Below are positions 15,604-24,677 of a stretch of DNA of 57,031 nucleotides, one piece after another. The stretch's first letter is position 1. The number at the start of each line of letters is the position of its first letter. The DNA comes from Solirubrobacterales bacterium (GTDB taxonomy: Bacteria > Actinomycetota > Thermoleophilia > Solirubrobacterales > 70-9): the NCBI GenBank assembly GCA_036259555.1, contig DATABM010000117.1, forward strand, positions 1 through 57,031. The letters are read 5' to 3'. Below the pieces are notes generated by a model. That model worked only from the letters and a program-made list of their open reading frames with translations. It ran no database searches and was not told the DNA's origin. Made by a program: the position numbers and the translations under genes.

Positions 15604-16178
15604 GGCAGCAACCGCGCGGCGCGCCGCGGTAGGACGCCGGCCGCGTCGGGCAGCGCTCCCAGCTCGGCGGCGCGAGCGACGAGCCAGCCGAGGGGCTGCT
15701 TGAGGACGACAACCTCGATCCCGCGTCCCATCAGGTCGCCGACGGCAAGCGCGGTGAGCGGCCGGTCGACCGCTAGATCGGCGCAGAGCAGCGCCCCCGA
15801 GGGTCGGATGCGGGGCTCGACGAGCGCCGTTTGGAAGCGGGACTGCGGCAGGTGAACGACGGCCAGCGAGTCGCGGACCAGCGGCAACGCCGCTGCGACC
15901 TGCTCTACCGACGCTCGCCGATCCTGGCTGTCGTCGCGGAGTGCCAGCTGGCAGATGCGACCGCGCGACGCGACCTCGGCTCCGGGCAGATGTGCGGTCA
16001 GCCGCCCCTCCAAGGTGCGGGCGGCGGCGGTGGCGACGAGCGAGGGGCGGGGCGATCGGGCGGCTTCGAGGTCGATCAGGAGGCTGGCCCGATCCGCGAC
16101 GGAACCAGCGCAGGCGAGCGCCGCCGCGGCGGCGCGGGAGCCACCCGCGTTGCCGACCGCGGTGACCACGACGATCAT
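15600..16178 (-). CDS. Hypothetical protein in the TadE-like operon (possibly a degenerate CpaE/ParA-like P-loop fold lacking the Walker lysine)
   Basis: 192-aa ORF with 4-nt overlaps to both neighbours. The N-terminus IVVVTAVGNAGGSR sits where a deviant Walker A would be. Confidence 0.6.
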   Translation of the reverse strand: MIVVVTAVGNAGGSRAAAAALACAGSVADRASLLIDLEAARSPRPSLVATAAARTLEGRLTAHLPGAEVASRGRICQLALRDDSQDRRASVEQVAAALPLVRDSLAVVHLPQSRFQTALVEPRIRPSGALLCADLAVDRPLTALAVGDLMGRGIEVVVLKQPLGWLVARAAELGALPDAAGVLPRRAARLLP

Positions 16179-16510
16179 TTGGGCCTCACGACCGCTGACG
16201 CGCTCACCGCAATGCGCTCGGCAAGGGCCGGTAGCGGGGACGGCGGCTCGACTCGAACGGTGACGCGCCCGCCGCTGACAGTGACCGCGGCGCGTTCCTC
16301 AGCCCAGCCGGGAAGCGCCTCACGGGCCGCCTCCCGTGCCGGCCGGCCGACGGCGAGGGCCAGTGCGCCGGCCTCGGCCGCGCCGTCCGCGAGGGTCAGC
16401 GCATACCCGGCGCAGAGCAGTTGCAGGGCGATCAGGCCGGCGAGGAAGAGGGCGGGAAGCGCCGCCACCAGCTCGACCGTCGCCTGTCCCCGCTCCCTAG
16501 TCATCGCCAC
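16175..16510 (-). CDS. TadE-like pseudopilin family protein
   Basis: 111 aa. ERGQATVELVAALPALFLAGLIALQ matches the TadE N-terminal motif (G-x-A-x-VE followed by a hydrophobic helix). Confidence 0.75.
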   Translation of the reverse strand: MAMTRERGQATVELVAALPALFLAGLIALQLLCAGYALTLADGAAEAGALALAVGRPAREAAREALPGWAEERAAVTVSGGRVTVRVEPPSPLPALAERIAVSASAVVRPK

Positions 16511-16850
16511 CGTCCAGTCGCGTGCCGGACTCCACCGTCAGTCGAGGCAACGTCGGCAGCAGACGGGGGACGACAACACGCACGACGACCCCGTCCGCGG
16601 AGGTCACCTCTGCGCCGGTCCTCAGCGCCTCCGGCAGTGCTCGCCGCGCCGCCCTGGTCGCGTCCCCTCCCACCAGGTCGGCCCGCGCGCCGGCGCGCGC
16701 CGCGGCGCCCGCCGACCACAACGCCTGGCCAACCGCCACGAGCTGTGCCGCGACCAAGACCGCCAGCAGCAGGACCGGGACCACCGCGATCAGCTCTACC
16801 GAGGCGGTTCCGCCCTCCCTGCGAGCGCTGCTGGCGATCTGGCGCGACAC
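16497..16850 (-). CDS. TadE-like pseudopilin family protein
   Basis: 117 aa with GTG start. REGGTASVELIAVVPVLLLAVLVAAQ matches the TadE N-terminal motif. It overlaps the next gene by 14 nt. Confidence 0.75.
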   Translation of the reverse strand: MSRQIASSARREGGTASVELIAVVPVLLLAVLVAAQLVAVGQALWSAGAAARAGARADLVGGDATRAARRALPEALRTGAEVTSADGVVVRVVVPRLLPTLPRLTVESGTRLDGGDD

Positions 16851-16925
16851 TCTCCCGACGCTCGCAGGCCGAGGCGCACGCGTGGTGCGCTCAAGTCAAG
16901 AATTCAGAACCGGCTCTGTGTCGGA

Positions 16926-17276
16926 TCAGTAAGCGTTGGCCTCGAGCCAGACCCGCCAGATCGCCGCAATCGCGGCACCGAGTAGGACGATCCAGGCCAG
17001 CGTGCCAAACCCGGTCGAGAACATCTCATCGCTGCCGGCGATCAAAAGGACGATCAGGCCGAGCGCGCCGTAGAGGAGGGCCCGCCGGCCGTCGCTCAAG
17101 GTCGCCAACGTCAGCTGATTTTCACGGCCGAAGACGAAGATCGCCCAGGCGATCGCCGCCAGGAAGGCGATCGTGATGGCCGCGAGGATCGCGTCGGCGG
17201 CGTTGCCGCCCCCCGGCACGAAGGCGACCACCAGTGCCAGCAGCATCACGATCGCGACGTTGCGCAGGGTTCGCAT
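16926..17276 (-). CDS. Small integral membrane protein (about 4 TM segments), unknown function
   Basis: 116-aa ORF with host-like GC-rich third positions and four hydrophobic segments. Confidence 0.6.
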   Translation of the reverse strand: MRTLRNVAIVMLLALVVAFVPGGGNAADAILAAITIAFLAAIAWAIFVFGRENQLTLATLSDGRRALLYGALGLIVLLIAGSDEMFSTGFGTLAWIVLLGAAIAAIWRVWLEANAY

Positions 17277-17302
17277 GGTCCGATGTTAGGCGAGCCACCC
17301 GG

Positions 17303-17542
17303 CTAATCGCTCAACATCACGAGCAGGCCGACCGCGACGACGGCCAGGGTGAGAAGGAGGCCGAGTATGCCGACCGCAGCGGCCCCCGCCGCCGCGACCG
17401 GCCGTTCGTTGCTGCTGAAGTCGACGAAGCGGGCGGCGCCCCAGATCGCGACCGAGAAGATCACCGTGATCCCGACGCCTGCGACGATCGACGCCGCGAT
17501 CGTCTGCAGCAGCTCGTCGGTGTGGACGATCGTCGCGAGCAT
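17303..17542 (-). CDS. Small membrane protein (2 TM segments), unknown function
   Basis: 79-aa ORF that starts 3 nt after the pit stop codon. It has two hydrophobic segments. Confidence 0.55.
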   Translation of the reverse strand: MLATIVHTDELLQTIAASIVAGVGITVIFSVAIWGAARFVDFSSNERPVAAAGAAAVGILGLLLTLAVVAVGLLVMLSD

Positions 17543-17545
17543 GGC

Positions 17546-18640
17546 TCAAGCCGGGACGGGAGCCCCGCGGCGCAGGCGGCGGACGAAGGCGACGACGATC
17601 AGGGCGAGGGCGATGACGGTGACGAAGACCGGTCCGGAGGCGCCGGTGCCGAAGGCTCGGGTCACGCCGTAGGTGGCGGCGCCGATCGCGGCGGCGGCCG
17701 GCAGGGTCAACACCCAGGCGATGAAGATGTTGCCGGCGACCCCCCAACGGACCGCCGAGAGCCGCTTCCCCGCTCCCGCTCCCATCACGCCGCCGTTGAT
17801 CACGTGGGTCGTGGAAAGGGGGAAGCCGAAGTGGGTCGAGGCGAGGATCACGGCAGCCCCCGCGCCCTGCGCGGAGAACCCTTGCGCAGCGTCCATTTTG
17901 ATGATCCGCGAGCCGGTCGTGCGGATGATCCGCCAGCCGCCGCTGTAGGTGCCGAGGGCGATCGCCGTCGCCGCCGAGAAAATCACCCAGAAGGGCGGAT
18001 CGGCCCCGGACCCCAGCGAGCCGTTGGCGATCAGGGCGAGCGTGATGATCCCCATGGTCTTCTGGGCGTCGTTGGTGCCGTGCGCCAGCGCGAGCAGGCC
18101 GCCCGAGACCACCTGGCCGTAGCGAAACCCGCGCGTGACGGTTCCCGGCCGCTGGCTCCCGACGAGCCGGTAGGCGAGGCCGATCGCGATTCCCGCGACC
18201 GAGAAGGCAAGCAGCGGCGCGATCACGGCGGGAATCAGGACCTTGCCGATGACGCCGTCGGAGAGAACCGCGTCGAACCCGCTGGCGACAAGCGCCGAGC
18301 CGACCACGCCCCCGATCAAGGCGTGCGAGGAGCTCGACGGCAGGCCGAAGTACCAGGTGATCAGGTTCCAGGCGATCGCGCCGATCAGCCCGGCGAAGAC
18401 GACGGTGGTCGTGATGGCCCCGGCGTCGACGACGTCGCTGGCGACGGTCGCCGCCACGGAGATCGAGATGAACGCACCGGCGAAGTTGAGCAGCGCCGCG
18501 AAGGCGACGGCCACCCGCGGCGTCGCCGCCCGGGTCGAGATCGACGTCGCGACGACGTTGGCGGTGTCGTGGAAGCCATTGGTGAAGTCGAAAGCCAGCG
18601 CCGAGCCGACGACGATGATGAGAATGAGATCGGAGTCCAT
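17546..18640 (-). CDS. pit: Inorganic phosphate transporter, PiT family
   Basis: 364-aa polytopic ORF with the GFHDTANVVATSI and AHGTNDAQKTMGII PiT signature repeats. Confidence 0.9.
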   Translation of the reverse strand: MDSDLILIIVVGSALAFDFTNGFHDTANVVATSISTRAATPRVAVAFAALLNFAGAFISISVAATVASDVVDAGAITTTVVFAGLIGAIAWNLITWYFGLPSSSSHALIGGVVGSALVASGFDAVLSDGVIGKVLIPAVIAPLLAFSVAGIAIGLAYRLVGSQRPGTVTRGFRYGQVVSGGLLALAHGTNDAQKTMGIITLALIANGSLGSGADPPFWVIFSAATAIALGTYSGGWRIIRTTGSRIIKMDAAQGFSAQGAGAAVILASTHFGFPLSTTHVINGGVMGAGAGKRLSAVRWGVAGNIFIAWVLTLPAAAAIGAATYGVTRAFGTGASGPVFVTVIALALIVVAFVRRLRRGAPVPA

Positions 18641-18792
18641 ACGACGAGACTCAGGTCAAAGTCATATGACGAGGCTCAGGGGTCGCCAGGCAAGGACGCA
18701 GCGAGAGCCGACGAGGGGAGCGCACTCATGTGCGTGACCCGAGGAGGCCGACCGAGGACACAGCATGGCGGCGCCTGAGACCGTCATAGCCG

Positions 18793-19410
18793 TCATGAAT
18801 TTTTGATGACGATGCCCTCGATGATCTGCGCGGCGGTCTCGGTGGCGTCGATCGAGTTCTCGAGCACCGCGAAGATGTCCTTCCAGCGGATCACCATCAT
18901 CGGGTCGATGCCGTTGGAGAAGAGCGAGGCGACGGCGTCGCGCGAGATTCGATCGCCGTCGTTCTCGAGCCGGTGGATCTCGATCCAGTAGTGCTCGAGT
19001 CCCTGGAAGTCGCGCAGCCGCTCCAGCGCCTCGGCGAGGTTTTCGCAGGCGCCCACGAGCACCCTCGTCAGCGCCTGCGCCTGCTCCATCGGCGCCTCAA
19101 TCCGGTAGAGGCCGAGGAAGTCGGCGGCCTCCTCGGTGTAGTCGACGATGTCGTCCATCTGCGTCGCCAGCGCGTAGATGTCCTCGCGGTCGATCGGCGT
19201 GACGAAGGTCGAGTTGAGGCGGCGGATGATGTCGTGCGTGATCCGGTCGCCCTCCTGCTCGGCCTTGAGGATCTCCCGGTTGAGGTCGCTGGTGTCGGGC
19301 CAGCCGCCCATCATCTCGTCGAGCAGCTGGGCTGCCCGCAGCGAGTTCTGGCCGGCTTCGATGAAGAGGTCGAAGAAGGTGCGGTCGCGCGGCATCAGCG
19401 AGAGTCGCAT
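18793..19410 (-). CDS. DUF47 (PhoU-like, YkaA-type) Pit accessory protein
   Basis: 205-aa ORF with the RDRTFFDLF N-terminus and ED...IRRLN strings typical of TIGR00153/DUF47. It lies upstream of pit. Confidence 0.85.
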   Translation of the reverse strand: MRLSLMPRDRTFFDLFIEAGQNSLRAAQLLDEMMGGWPDTSDLNREILKAEQEGDRITHDIIRRLNSTFVTPIDREDIYALATQMDDIVDYTEEAADFLGLYRIEAPMEQAQALTRVLVGACENLAEALERLRDFQGLEHYWIEIHRLENDGDRISRDAVASLFSNGIDPMMVIRWKDIFAVLENSIDATETAAQIIEGIVIKNS

Positions 19411-19452
19411 CGCCGCGCATCCTAATCGCCGGTCCGGCCGGCCCGCGCCGCG

Positions 19453-20142
19453 CTAGGCGTCGGGATGCGAGGCGTCCTCGAACTCCTTGAAGAGCCCGGT
19501 GACGACGAAGGCAACCTGCTCGCCGATGTCGACAGCGTTGTCGCCGATCCGCTCGATCGCCCGTGCCGCCAGCAGCATCGTCATCGCCCACTCGCGCCGC
19601 TCGGCGTCGTCGCCGATCTCGAGCGCCAGGCGGAAGCACTCGCGGTTGAGGTCGTCGACGACGTCGTCGAGCCGCACGAGGTCGCGTGCGATCGCGACGT
19701 CCCGCCGCTCGAAGGCCTTCTTGGCGCCGTCAATCAGCGCGCTGGTCTGCTGCCCCATCGCCACGATCCGCTCGACCATGCCGGCATCGGCGGGCGGCTC
19801 GCTGCCGGTCAGCGGGATCAGCTTGCAGACGTTGACGCACTGATCGCCCATCCGCTCGATGCTCTTCATGACGTGCAGCAGCGCGGCGATCAGCCGCAGG
19901 TCGGTCGCCACGGGGGACTGCTTCGCGAGCAACGCGATCAGGCTCTGGTGCACCTCCAGGTAGCGGCCGTCGATGCGGTCGTCGTCGGCGATCACCTCTT
20001 CCGCCAGCCCGATGTCCTGGCCCGCGACCGCGGTCAGCGTCCGCGCCAGCGCCGAGCCGACCAGATCGAGTCCGCCGAGGGCGCTCGTCTCCAGGGCCGC
20101 GAGTTCCTCCTGGTAGTGGACCCGGGTCGCTTCGACCATCAT
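19453..20142 (-). CDS. phoU: Phosphate signalling complex protein PhoU
   Basis: 229 aa from ATGATG at 20142, with two PhoU repeats (ERMGDQCVNV / ERIGDNAVDI). Its start overlaps the pstB stop. The ORF portion upstream of 20142 is treated as spurious. Confidence 0.9.
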   Translation of the reverse strand: MMVEATRVHYQEELAALETSALGGLDLVGSALARTLTAVAGQDIGLAEEVIADDDRIDGRYLEVHQSLIALLAKQSPVATDLRLIAALLHVMKSIERMGDQCVNVCKLIPLTGSEPPADAGMVERIVAMGQQTSALIDGAKKAFERRDVAIARDLVRLDDVVDDLNRECFRLALEIGDDAERREWAMTMLLAARAIERIGDNAVDIGEQVAFVVTGLFKEFEDASHPDA

Positions 20143-20978
20143 CAACCCACCTTCCCCGAGACGTAGTCCTCGGTCCGCCGGTCGCTCGGGTTCGTGAAGA
20201 TCTTCTCGGTCTCGTCGTACTCGACCAGCCGGCCCCAGCGGTTGTCCTCGGCGGCGTCGAGCTCGACCATCAGGAAGGCGGTCCGATCGGAGACCCGCGC
20301 CGCCTGCTGCATGTTGTGGGTGACGATGACGATCGAGAACTCCTCCTTCAGCTCGATCATCAGGTCCTCGATCTTGTTGGTCGAGATCGGGTCGAGCGCC
20401 GAGCAAGGCTCGTCCATCAGGATCGTGTCGGGCTCGACGGCGATGCAGCGTGCGATGCAGAGCCGCTGCTGCTGGCCGCCGGAGAGTCCGAAGGCGTTGT
20501 CGCCGAGCCGATCCTTGACCTCGTCCCAGAGGGCGGCGCGCCGCAGCGCCGCCTCCACGACCCCGTCGAGATCCTCCTTGCGGCCCTGGACGCGGGGGCC
20601 GAAGGCGACGTTGTCGTAGATCGACTTCGGGAAGGGGTTCGGTTTCTGGAAGACCATCCCGATCAGCTTGCGCGCCTGGACCGGGTCGACCTTGGGCCCG
20701 TAGAGGTCCTCGCCGTGGTAGAGCAGCGAGCCGTGCACCTCGGCGCCGGGGATCAGGTCGTTCATCCGGTTGAGGCAGCGCAGCAGCGTGCTCTTGCCGC
20801 AGCCCGACGGCCCGATCAGCGCCGTGACGTCGTTGCGGTGGACGTCCATCGAGATGCCTTTCACCGCGGGCACCCCGCCGTAGTCGACGCCGACCTGCTT
20901 CAGCTCGAAGACCTTGCCCCGCCCCGTAGGGCTGCTGCGGAACTCACCCGGCCTGACCGTCACTGCCGGTCGCTCCAT
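20142..20978 (-). CDS. pstB: Phosphate ABC transporter ATP-binding protein
   Basis: 278 aa from the ATG at 20978, with Walker [10 protein letters not shown], signature LSGGQQQRL and Walker B ILMDEP. The C-terminus is PstB-typical. Confidence 0.95.
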   Translation of the reverse strand: MERPAVTVRPGEFRSSPTGRGKVFELKQVGVDYGGVPAVKGISMDVHRNDVTALIGPSGCGKSTLLRCLNRMNDLIPGAEVHGSLLYHGEDLYGPKVDPVQARKLIGMVFQKPNPFPKSIYDNVAFGPRVQGRKEDLDGVVEAALRRAALWDEVKDRLGDNAFGLSGGQQQRLCIARCIAVEPDTILMDEPCSALDPISTNKIEDLMIELKEEFSIVIVTHNMQQAARVSDRTAFLMVELDAAEDNRWGRLVEYDETEKIFTNPSDRRTEDYVSGKVG

Positions 20979-20998
20979 CTGGTCGATCACGCTCCCCC

Positions 20999-21934
20999 TC
21001 ACCACCTTTGCTCGTATCGGTTTCTCAGCCAGATCGCGAAGGAGTTCATCGTCAGGAGGACGGCGAGCATCACGACTATCCCCGCCGCCGCGAGCGCCTT
21101 GAACTCCTCGTGCGGCTGCATCGCGTAGTTGAAGATCTGCACTGGCAGCGCCGAGTAGTCGGAGAGCGGGGTCGGGTCGAAGGTGACGAACACGGTCGCG
21201 CCGACCAGCAGAAGGGGAGCCGCCTCGCCGAGCGCCCGCGAGATGGCGAGGATTACGCCGGTCGCGATCCCGGGCACCGCGGCGGGCAGGATTTGGCGCC
21301 GGATCGTCTGCCAGCGCGTCGCACCGAGCGCCAGCGAGCCCTGCCGGATCGAGTCGGGGACGGCGCGGATCGCCTCGCGCCCGGCGATTATCACCACCGG
21401 CAACACGAGTAGCGCCAGCGTCAGCGAGCCCGCCAGGAGGACGAAGCCGAGATCGAGCGGCCCGCGCACGATGAAGGCGAGACCGAGAATGCCGTAGATG
21501 ATCGACGGCACCGCGGCGAGGTTCTGGATGTTGACCTCGATCGCCCGATTCCACCAGCGCGACCTATCGGCGTATTCCTCCAGGTAGACGGCAGCGCCGA
21601 CGCCAACCGGGACGACGAAGAGGATGACGCCGGCGATCAGCTGCAGCGAGCCGAGGATCGCCGGACGAAAGCCCGCCTCCTCGGGGTTGATCCTCGACGG
21701 CATGTTCGTGAAGAGGTCGGGCGAGAGCGCCGGAGCGGCTTTGACGAAGGCCTGGGCGAGCAGGGCGGCGAGCCCCGCCAGGGCGATCAGGACCGCCAGG
21801 AGGAGGAGCCCCGCGAAGGCGGCGTTGAGCGCGACGTCGCGGCGAGGCTGGGCGCCGAGCGCCGCCGCCACGGTGGCGCGAGCGCCGGCGCCGGCCAGGC
21901 GGGCGCGCTCGCTGGGAAGGCCGCGTGCCTCCAT
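20999..21934 (-). CDS. pstA: Phosphate ABC transporter permease PstA
   Basis: 311 aa from the ATG at 21934 (ATGA overlap with the pstC stop). It has an EAA-type permease loop ([10 protein letters not shown]). Confidence 0.9.
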   Translation of the reverse strand: MEARGLPSERARLAGAGARATVAAALGAQPRRDVALNAAFAGLLLLAVLIALAGLAALLAQAFVKAAPALSPDLFTNMPSRINPEEAGFRPAILGSLQLIAGVILFVVPVGVGAAVYLEEYADRSRWWNRAIEVNIQNLAAVPSIIYGILGLAFIVRGPLDLGFVLLAGSLTLALLVLPVVIIAGREAIRAVPDSIRQGSLALGATRWQTIRRQILPAAVPGIATGVILAISRALGEAAPLLLVGATVFVTFDPTPLSDYSALPVQIFNYAMQPHEEFKALAAAGIVVMLAVLLTMNSFAIWLRNRYEQRW

Positions 21935-22848
21935 CAGTCGTAGACCTCGCGGTACTTCCGCACCAGCCTGATGCTCAGCAGATTCATCGCCAGCGTCATC
22001 GCGAACAGCACCGCCCCGGCCGCGAACACGGTTTCGTACTCGAGCGAGCCGGTCGATATGTCGCCGGTCGCGGTGGTGGCGATGTAGGCGGTGATCGTCT
22101 GCACCGCTTCGTTGGGCCAGAGGGTGAAGCTGGGCGTGTTGCCGGCGGCCAGCAGGACGATCATCGTCTCGCCGACGGCGCGCGAGATCGCCAGCACGAT
22201 CGAGGCGACGATGCCCGACAGCGCCGCCGGGAAGACGACGCGCGTCGCCACCTTCATCCTGGTCGCGCCCATCGCGTAGGCGCCTTCGCGCAGCCCGTGC
22301 GGCACCGCCGCCATCGCGTCCTCGGAGATCGAGGCGATGATCGGCACCACCATCAGGCCGACGCCGAGCGCCGCCGCGAGAGCCATGAACGGCTTCTCGG
22401 CCCCGCCGAGGAGATCGCCCGGCCACAGCGGCTGGATGAGGCTGGGCAGGATGAACGAGGCGGCGAAGAAGCCGATCGCGACGGTGGGGATGCCGGCGAG
22501 GATCTCCAGCACCGGCTTCACCGTCTTGCGAACGCGCGGGGGCGCGTACTCGCTCAGGTAGACGGCCGCCCCGAGGCCGACGGGAATCGCGAAGAGCATC
22601 CCCCAGAGCGCCACGTTGAGCGTCCCCGCGACGATCGCCAGCACGCCGTAGCTCGGCGGCTCGAACTGCGGCGTCCAGTCGATCCCGAAGAAGAAGTCGC
22701 CGGCCGGGATGACCTGGAAGAAGCCGATCGTCGGCCCGAGCAGCGAGAGGACGATCGCCGTCGTGGTCAGGACCGAGAGGACGGCACAGAGGGCGAGAAG
22801 GCCCTGGATGGCCTTCTCGCCGTAGCGCGGGCTGGACGACTCGAGCAC
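21934..22848 (-). CDS. pstC: Phosphate ABC transporter permease PstC
   Basis: 304-aa polytopic ORF with the permease loop YAMGATRMKV. It lies between pstS and pstA. Confidence 0.9.
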   Translation of the reverse strand: MLESSSPRYGEKAIQGLLALCAVLSVLTTTAIVLSLLGPTIGFFQVIPAGDFFFGIDWTPQFEPPSYGVLAIVAGTLNVALWGMLFAIPVGLGAAVYLSEYAPPRVRKTVKPVLEILAGIPTVAIGFFAASFILPSLIQPLWPGDLLGGAEKPFMALAAALGVGLMVVPIIASISEDAMAAVPHGLREGAYAMGATRMKVATRVVFPAALSGIVASIVLAISRAVGETMIVLLAAGNTPSFTLWPNEAVQTITAYIATTATGDISTGSLEYETVFAAGAVLFAMTLAMNLLSIRLVRKYREVYD

Positions 22849-23801
22849 TAGCCCAGCTTCGCCGTCGCGGCCTTCGACTGCTCGAGCTGCGCGTCGGTCA
22901 GCGGGATGAAGCCGACCGCTTCGGCGAGGCCGTTGACGTTGTCGAGGTAGAAGTCGACGAACGCCTTGACCTCCGGCTTACGCAGCGCCTCGGCGCTCGG
23001 GTAGATGAACAAGGGCCGGCTGAGCGGCACGTATTCGTCGCTCTGGGCGGTCTCGGCCGAAGGCGCGACGCAACCCTTGCCGCCGTCCACTTCGAGCGCT
23101 TTCAGCGTCCCTTCGTTCTCCTGGTAGAAGGAGAAGCCGAAGTAGCCCATTCCGCCGGGCGCTCCTTGGACACCGGTGACCGTCGCGTTGTCGTTCTCGC
23201 CGACGTTGTTGTAGTCGGTCCGGGAGGCGCCCTCCTCGCCGTTGATTTCTTCGGTGAAGTAGTCGAACGTGCCCGAGTCGGTGCCGGGCCCGAACAGGGC
23301 CAGCTCCTCGTCGAACTCATCTTTCAGCCCGGGGATTTCGCTCCAGCTGGAGAGCTCGGAATCGGGGGTCCAGATCGCACCGAGCTGCTCGACGGTGAGG
23401 CAGTCGACCGGGTTCTCGGGATTGACGACCACGGTGAGGGCGTCGGTGGCGACCCGCACCTCCTCGTTCACGACCCCGTTCTGCTTGCACGCCGCAACCT
23501 CGTCGGGCTCGATCGCCCGCGATGCGTCGGAGATGTCGGTCTCGCCGGCGCAGAATTTTTCGAAGCCGCCACCGGTCCCCGACGTTCCGACCGTGACCTT
23601 CACGTTCGGGTTGGCCGCTTCGAATTCCTCGGCGACCGCCTCGGTGAGGGGCGCGACCGTGCTCGACCCGTCGATCCGAATCGATCCGGACAGGTCGCCG
23701 CCGCTGCCGCTCGCCGAGTCGTCGTCGCCGCCGCACGCCGCCGCGCCGATCGCGAGCACACAGGCCGCCGCGCTGACCGCGAGCCATCTGAAGCCTTTCA
23801 C
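22848..23801 (-). CDS. pstS: Phosphate-binding lipoprotein PstS
   Basis: Lipobox AAAC-GG, and the GSSTVAPL and TSGTGGGF phosphate-binding strings. I prefer the GTG at 23801, preceded by GGAGAGAGAG. The ORF is open up to the ATG at 23858. Confidence 0.9.
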   Translation of the reverse strand: MKGFRWLAVSAAACVLAIGAAACGGDDDSASGSGGDLSGSIRIDGSSTVAPLTEAVAEEFEAANPNVKVTVGTSGTGGGFEKFCAGETDISDASRAIEPDEVAACKQNGVVNEEVRVATDALTVVVNPENPVDCLTVEQLGAIWTPDSELSSWSEIPGLKDEFDEELALFGPGTDSGTFDYFTEEINGEEGASRTDYNNVGENDNATVTGVQGAPGGMGYFGFSFYQENEGTLKALEVDGGKGCVAPSAETAQSDEYVPLSRPLFIYPSAEALRKPEVKAFVDFYLDNVNGLAEAVGFIPLTDAQLEQSKAATAKLG

Positions 23802-23887
23802 TCTCTCTCCTTCTCGTCTTGCGTTCCGGCTCGACCCCGGATGGGCCAGCCTCGACACCAGCGTCTCAGCGCGAGAAGGGCGGCTTG

Positions 23888-24658
23888 TTACGCGCTCGTA
23901 TCGAGCTTGTGAAAAGCCTGTGAACGGGGCGCTGCGAGCGGCGCCCCGCCGTCGACCGGCTCGGGGTCGAAGCGGTAGCCGACGCCGAAGTGGGTGTGGA
24001 TGTAGGTCCAGCCGGGCGAATGTCGCTCCAGCTTGTGGCGCAGCTTGCGGACGAAGACGTCGACCGAGCGATCGCCGTGGGCCATCGCGTAGCCCCAGAC
24101 CCGCTGGTAGATGGCGCCGCGCTCGTGCACCCGGCCGGTCGACTCGGCCAGCATCAGCAGCAGCTCGAACTCGCGGCGGGTCAGGTCGACGCTGTTGCCG
24201 CAGACGTAGGCCTGGAAGCGGTCAGGACGGATCTCCAGCTCGCCGGCGACAAGGGGGCCGAGGTCGAGTTGAGGTTTGGCGCGGCGGCGGCGGCGCGAGA
24301 CGGCTTCGATCCGGGCCATCGCCTCCTCGGGGTGGCACGGCTTGGCAATCCAGTCGTCGGCGCCGAGCCGCAGGCCGCGAACCCGCTGCCCGACCGTGGT
24401 CGGCGCGGTGCAGATCAACACGCCGAGCTCGGGCAGCATTCCGCAGACCTGCTCCAGGTAGTCCCATGCTTCCTCGCCGAGCACGGAGGGGTCGACAAGC
24501 AGCGCGTTCAGCTTCATCGCCACGAGCTCCTCCGCGGGAATCGCCCCGGCGCTCGTGCGCAGCTGCCAGCCGGCCGCCTCGGCTCGCTTGGCGAGAACGG
24601 TGACGAAGCCGCTGTCGTCGTCGACGACGGCCAGCCGAATCGGGTCAGAAGAGGACAC
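23888..24658 (-). CDS. OmpR/PhoB-family response regulator (no cognate kinase gene in the window)
   Basis: The receiver domain has VVDDD, LLVDP, a conserved T and AKP. The winged-helix output has LTRREFELLLMLA, VDVFVRKLRHKL and GVGYRF. Confidence 0.85.
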   Translation of the reverse strand: MSSSDPIRLAVVDDDSGFVTVLAKRAEAAGWQLRTSAGAIPAEELVAMKLNALLVDPSVLGEEAWDYLEQVCGMLPELGVLICTAPTTVGQRVRGLRLGADDWIAKPCHPEEAMARIEAVSRRRRRAKPQLDLGPLVAGELEIRPDRFQAYVCGNSVDLTRREFELLLMLAESTGRVHERGAIYQRVWGYAMAHGDRSVDVFVRKLRHKLERHSPGWTYIHTHFGVGYRFDPEPVDGGAPLAAPRSQAFHKLDTSA

Positions 24659-24677
24659 CCACGTCGATTGTATGGGG

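Noticed and set aside
20143-22426. Long N-terminal extensions of the phoU (to 20406), pstB (to 21554) and pstA (to 22426) ORFs.
   Set aside because: Each extension overlaps the preceding pst gene in another frame. Family-typical N-termini and ATGA-type coupled starts are found at 20142, 20978 and 21934.
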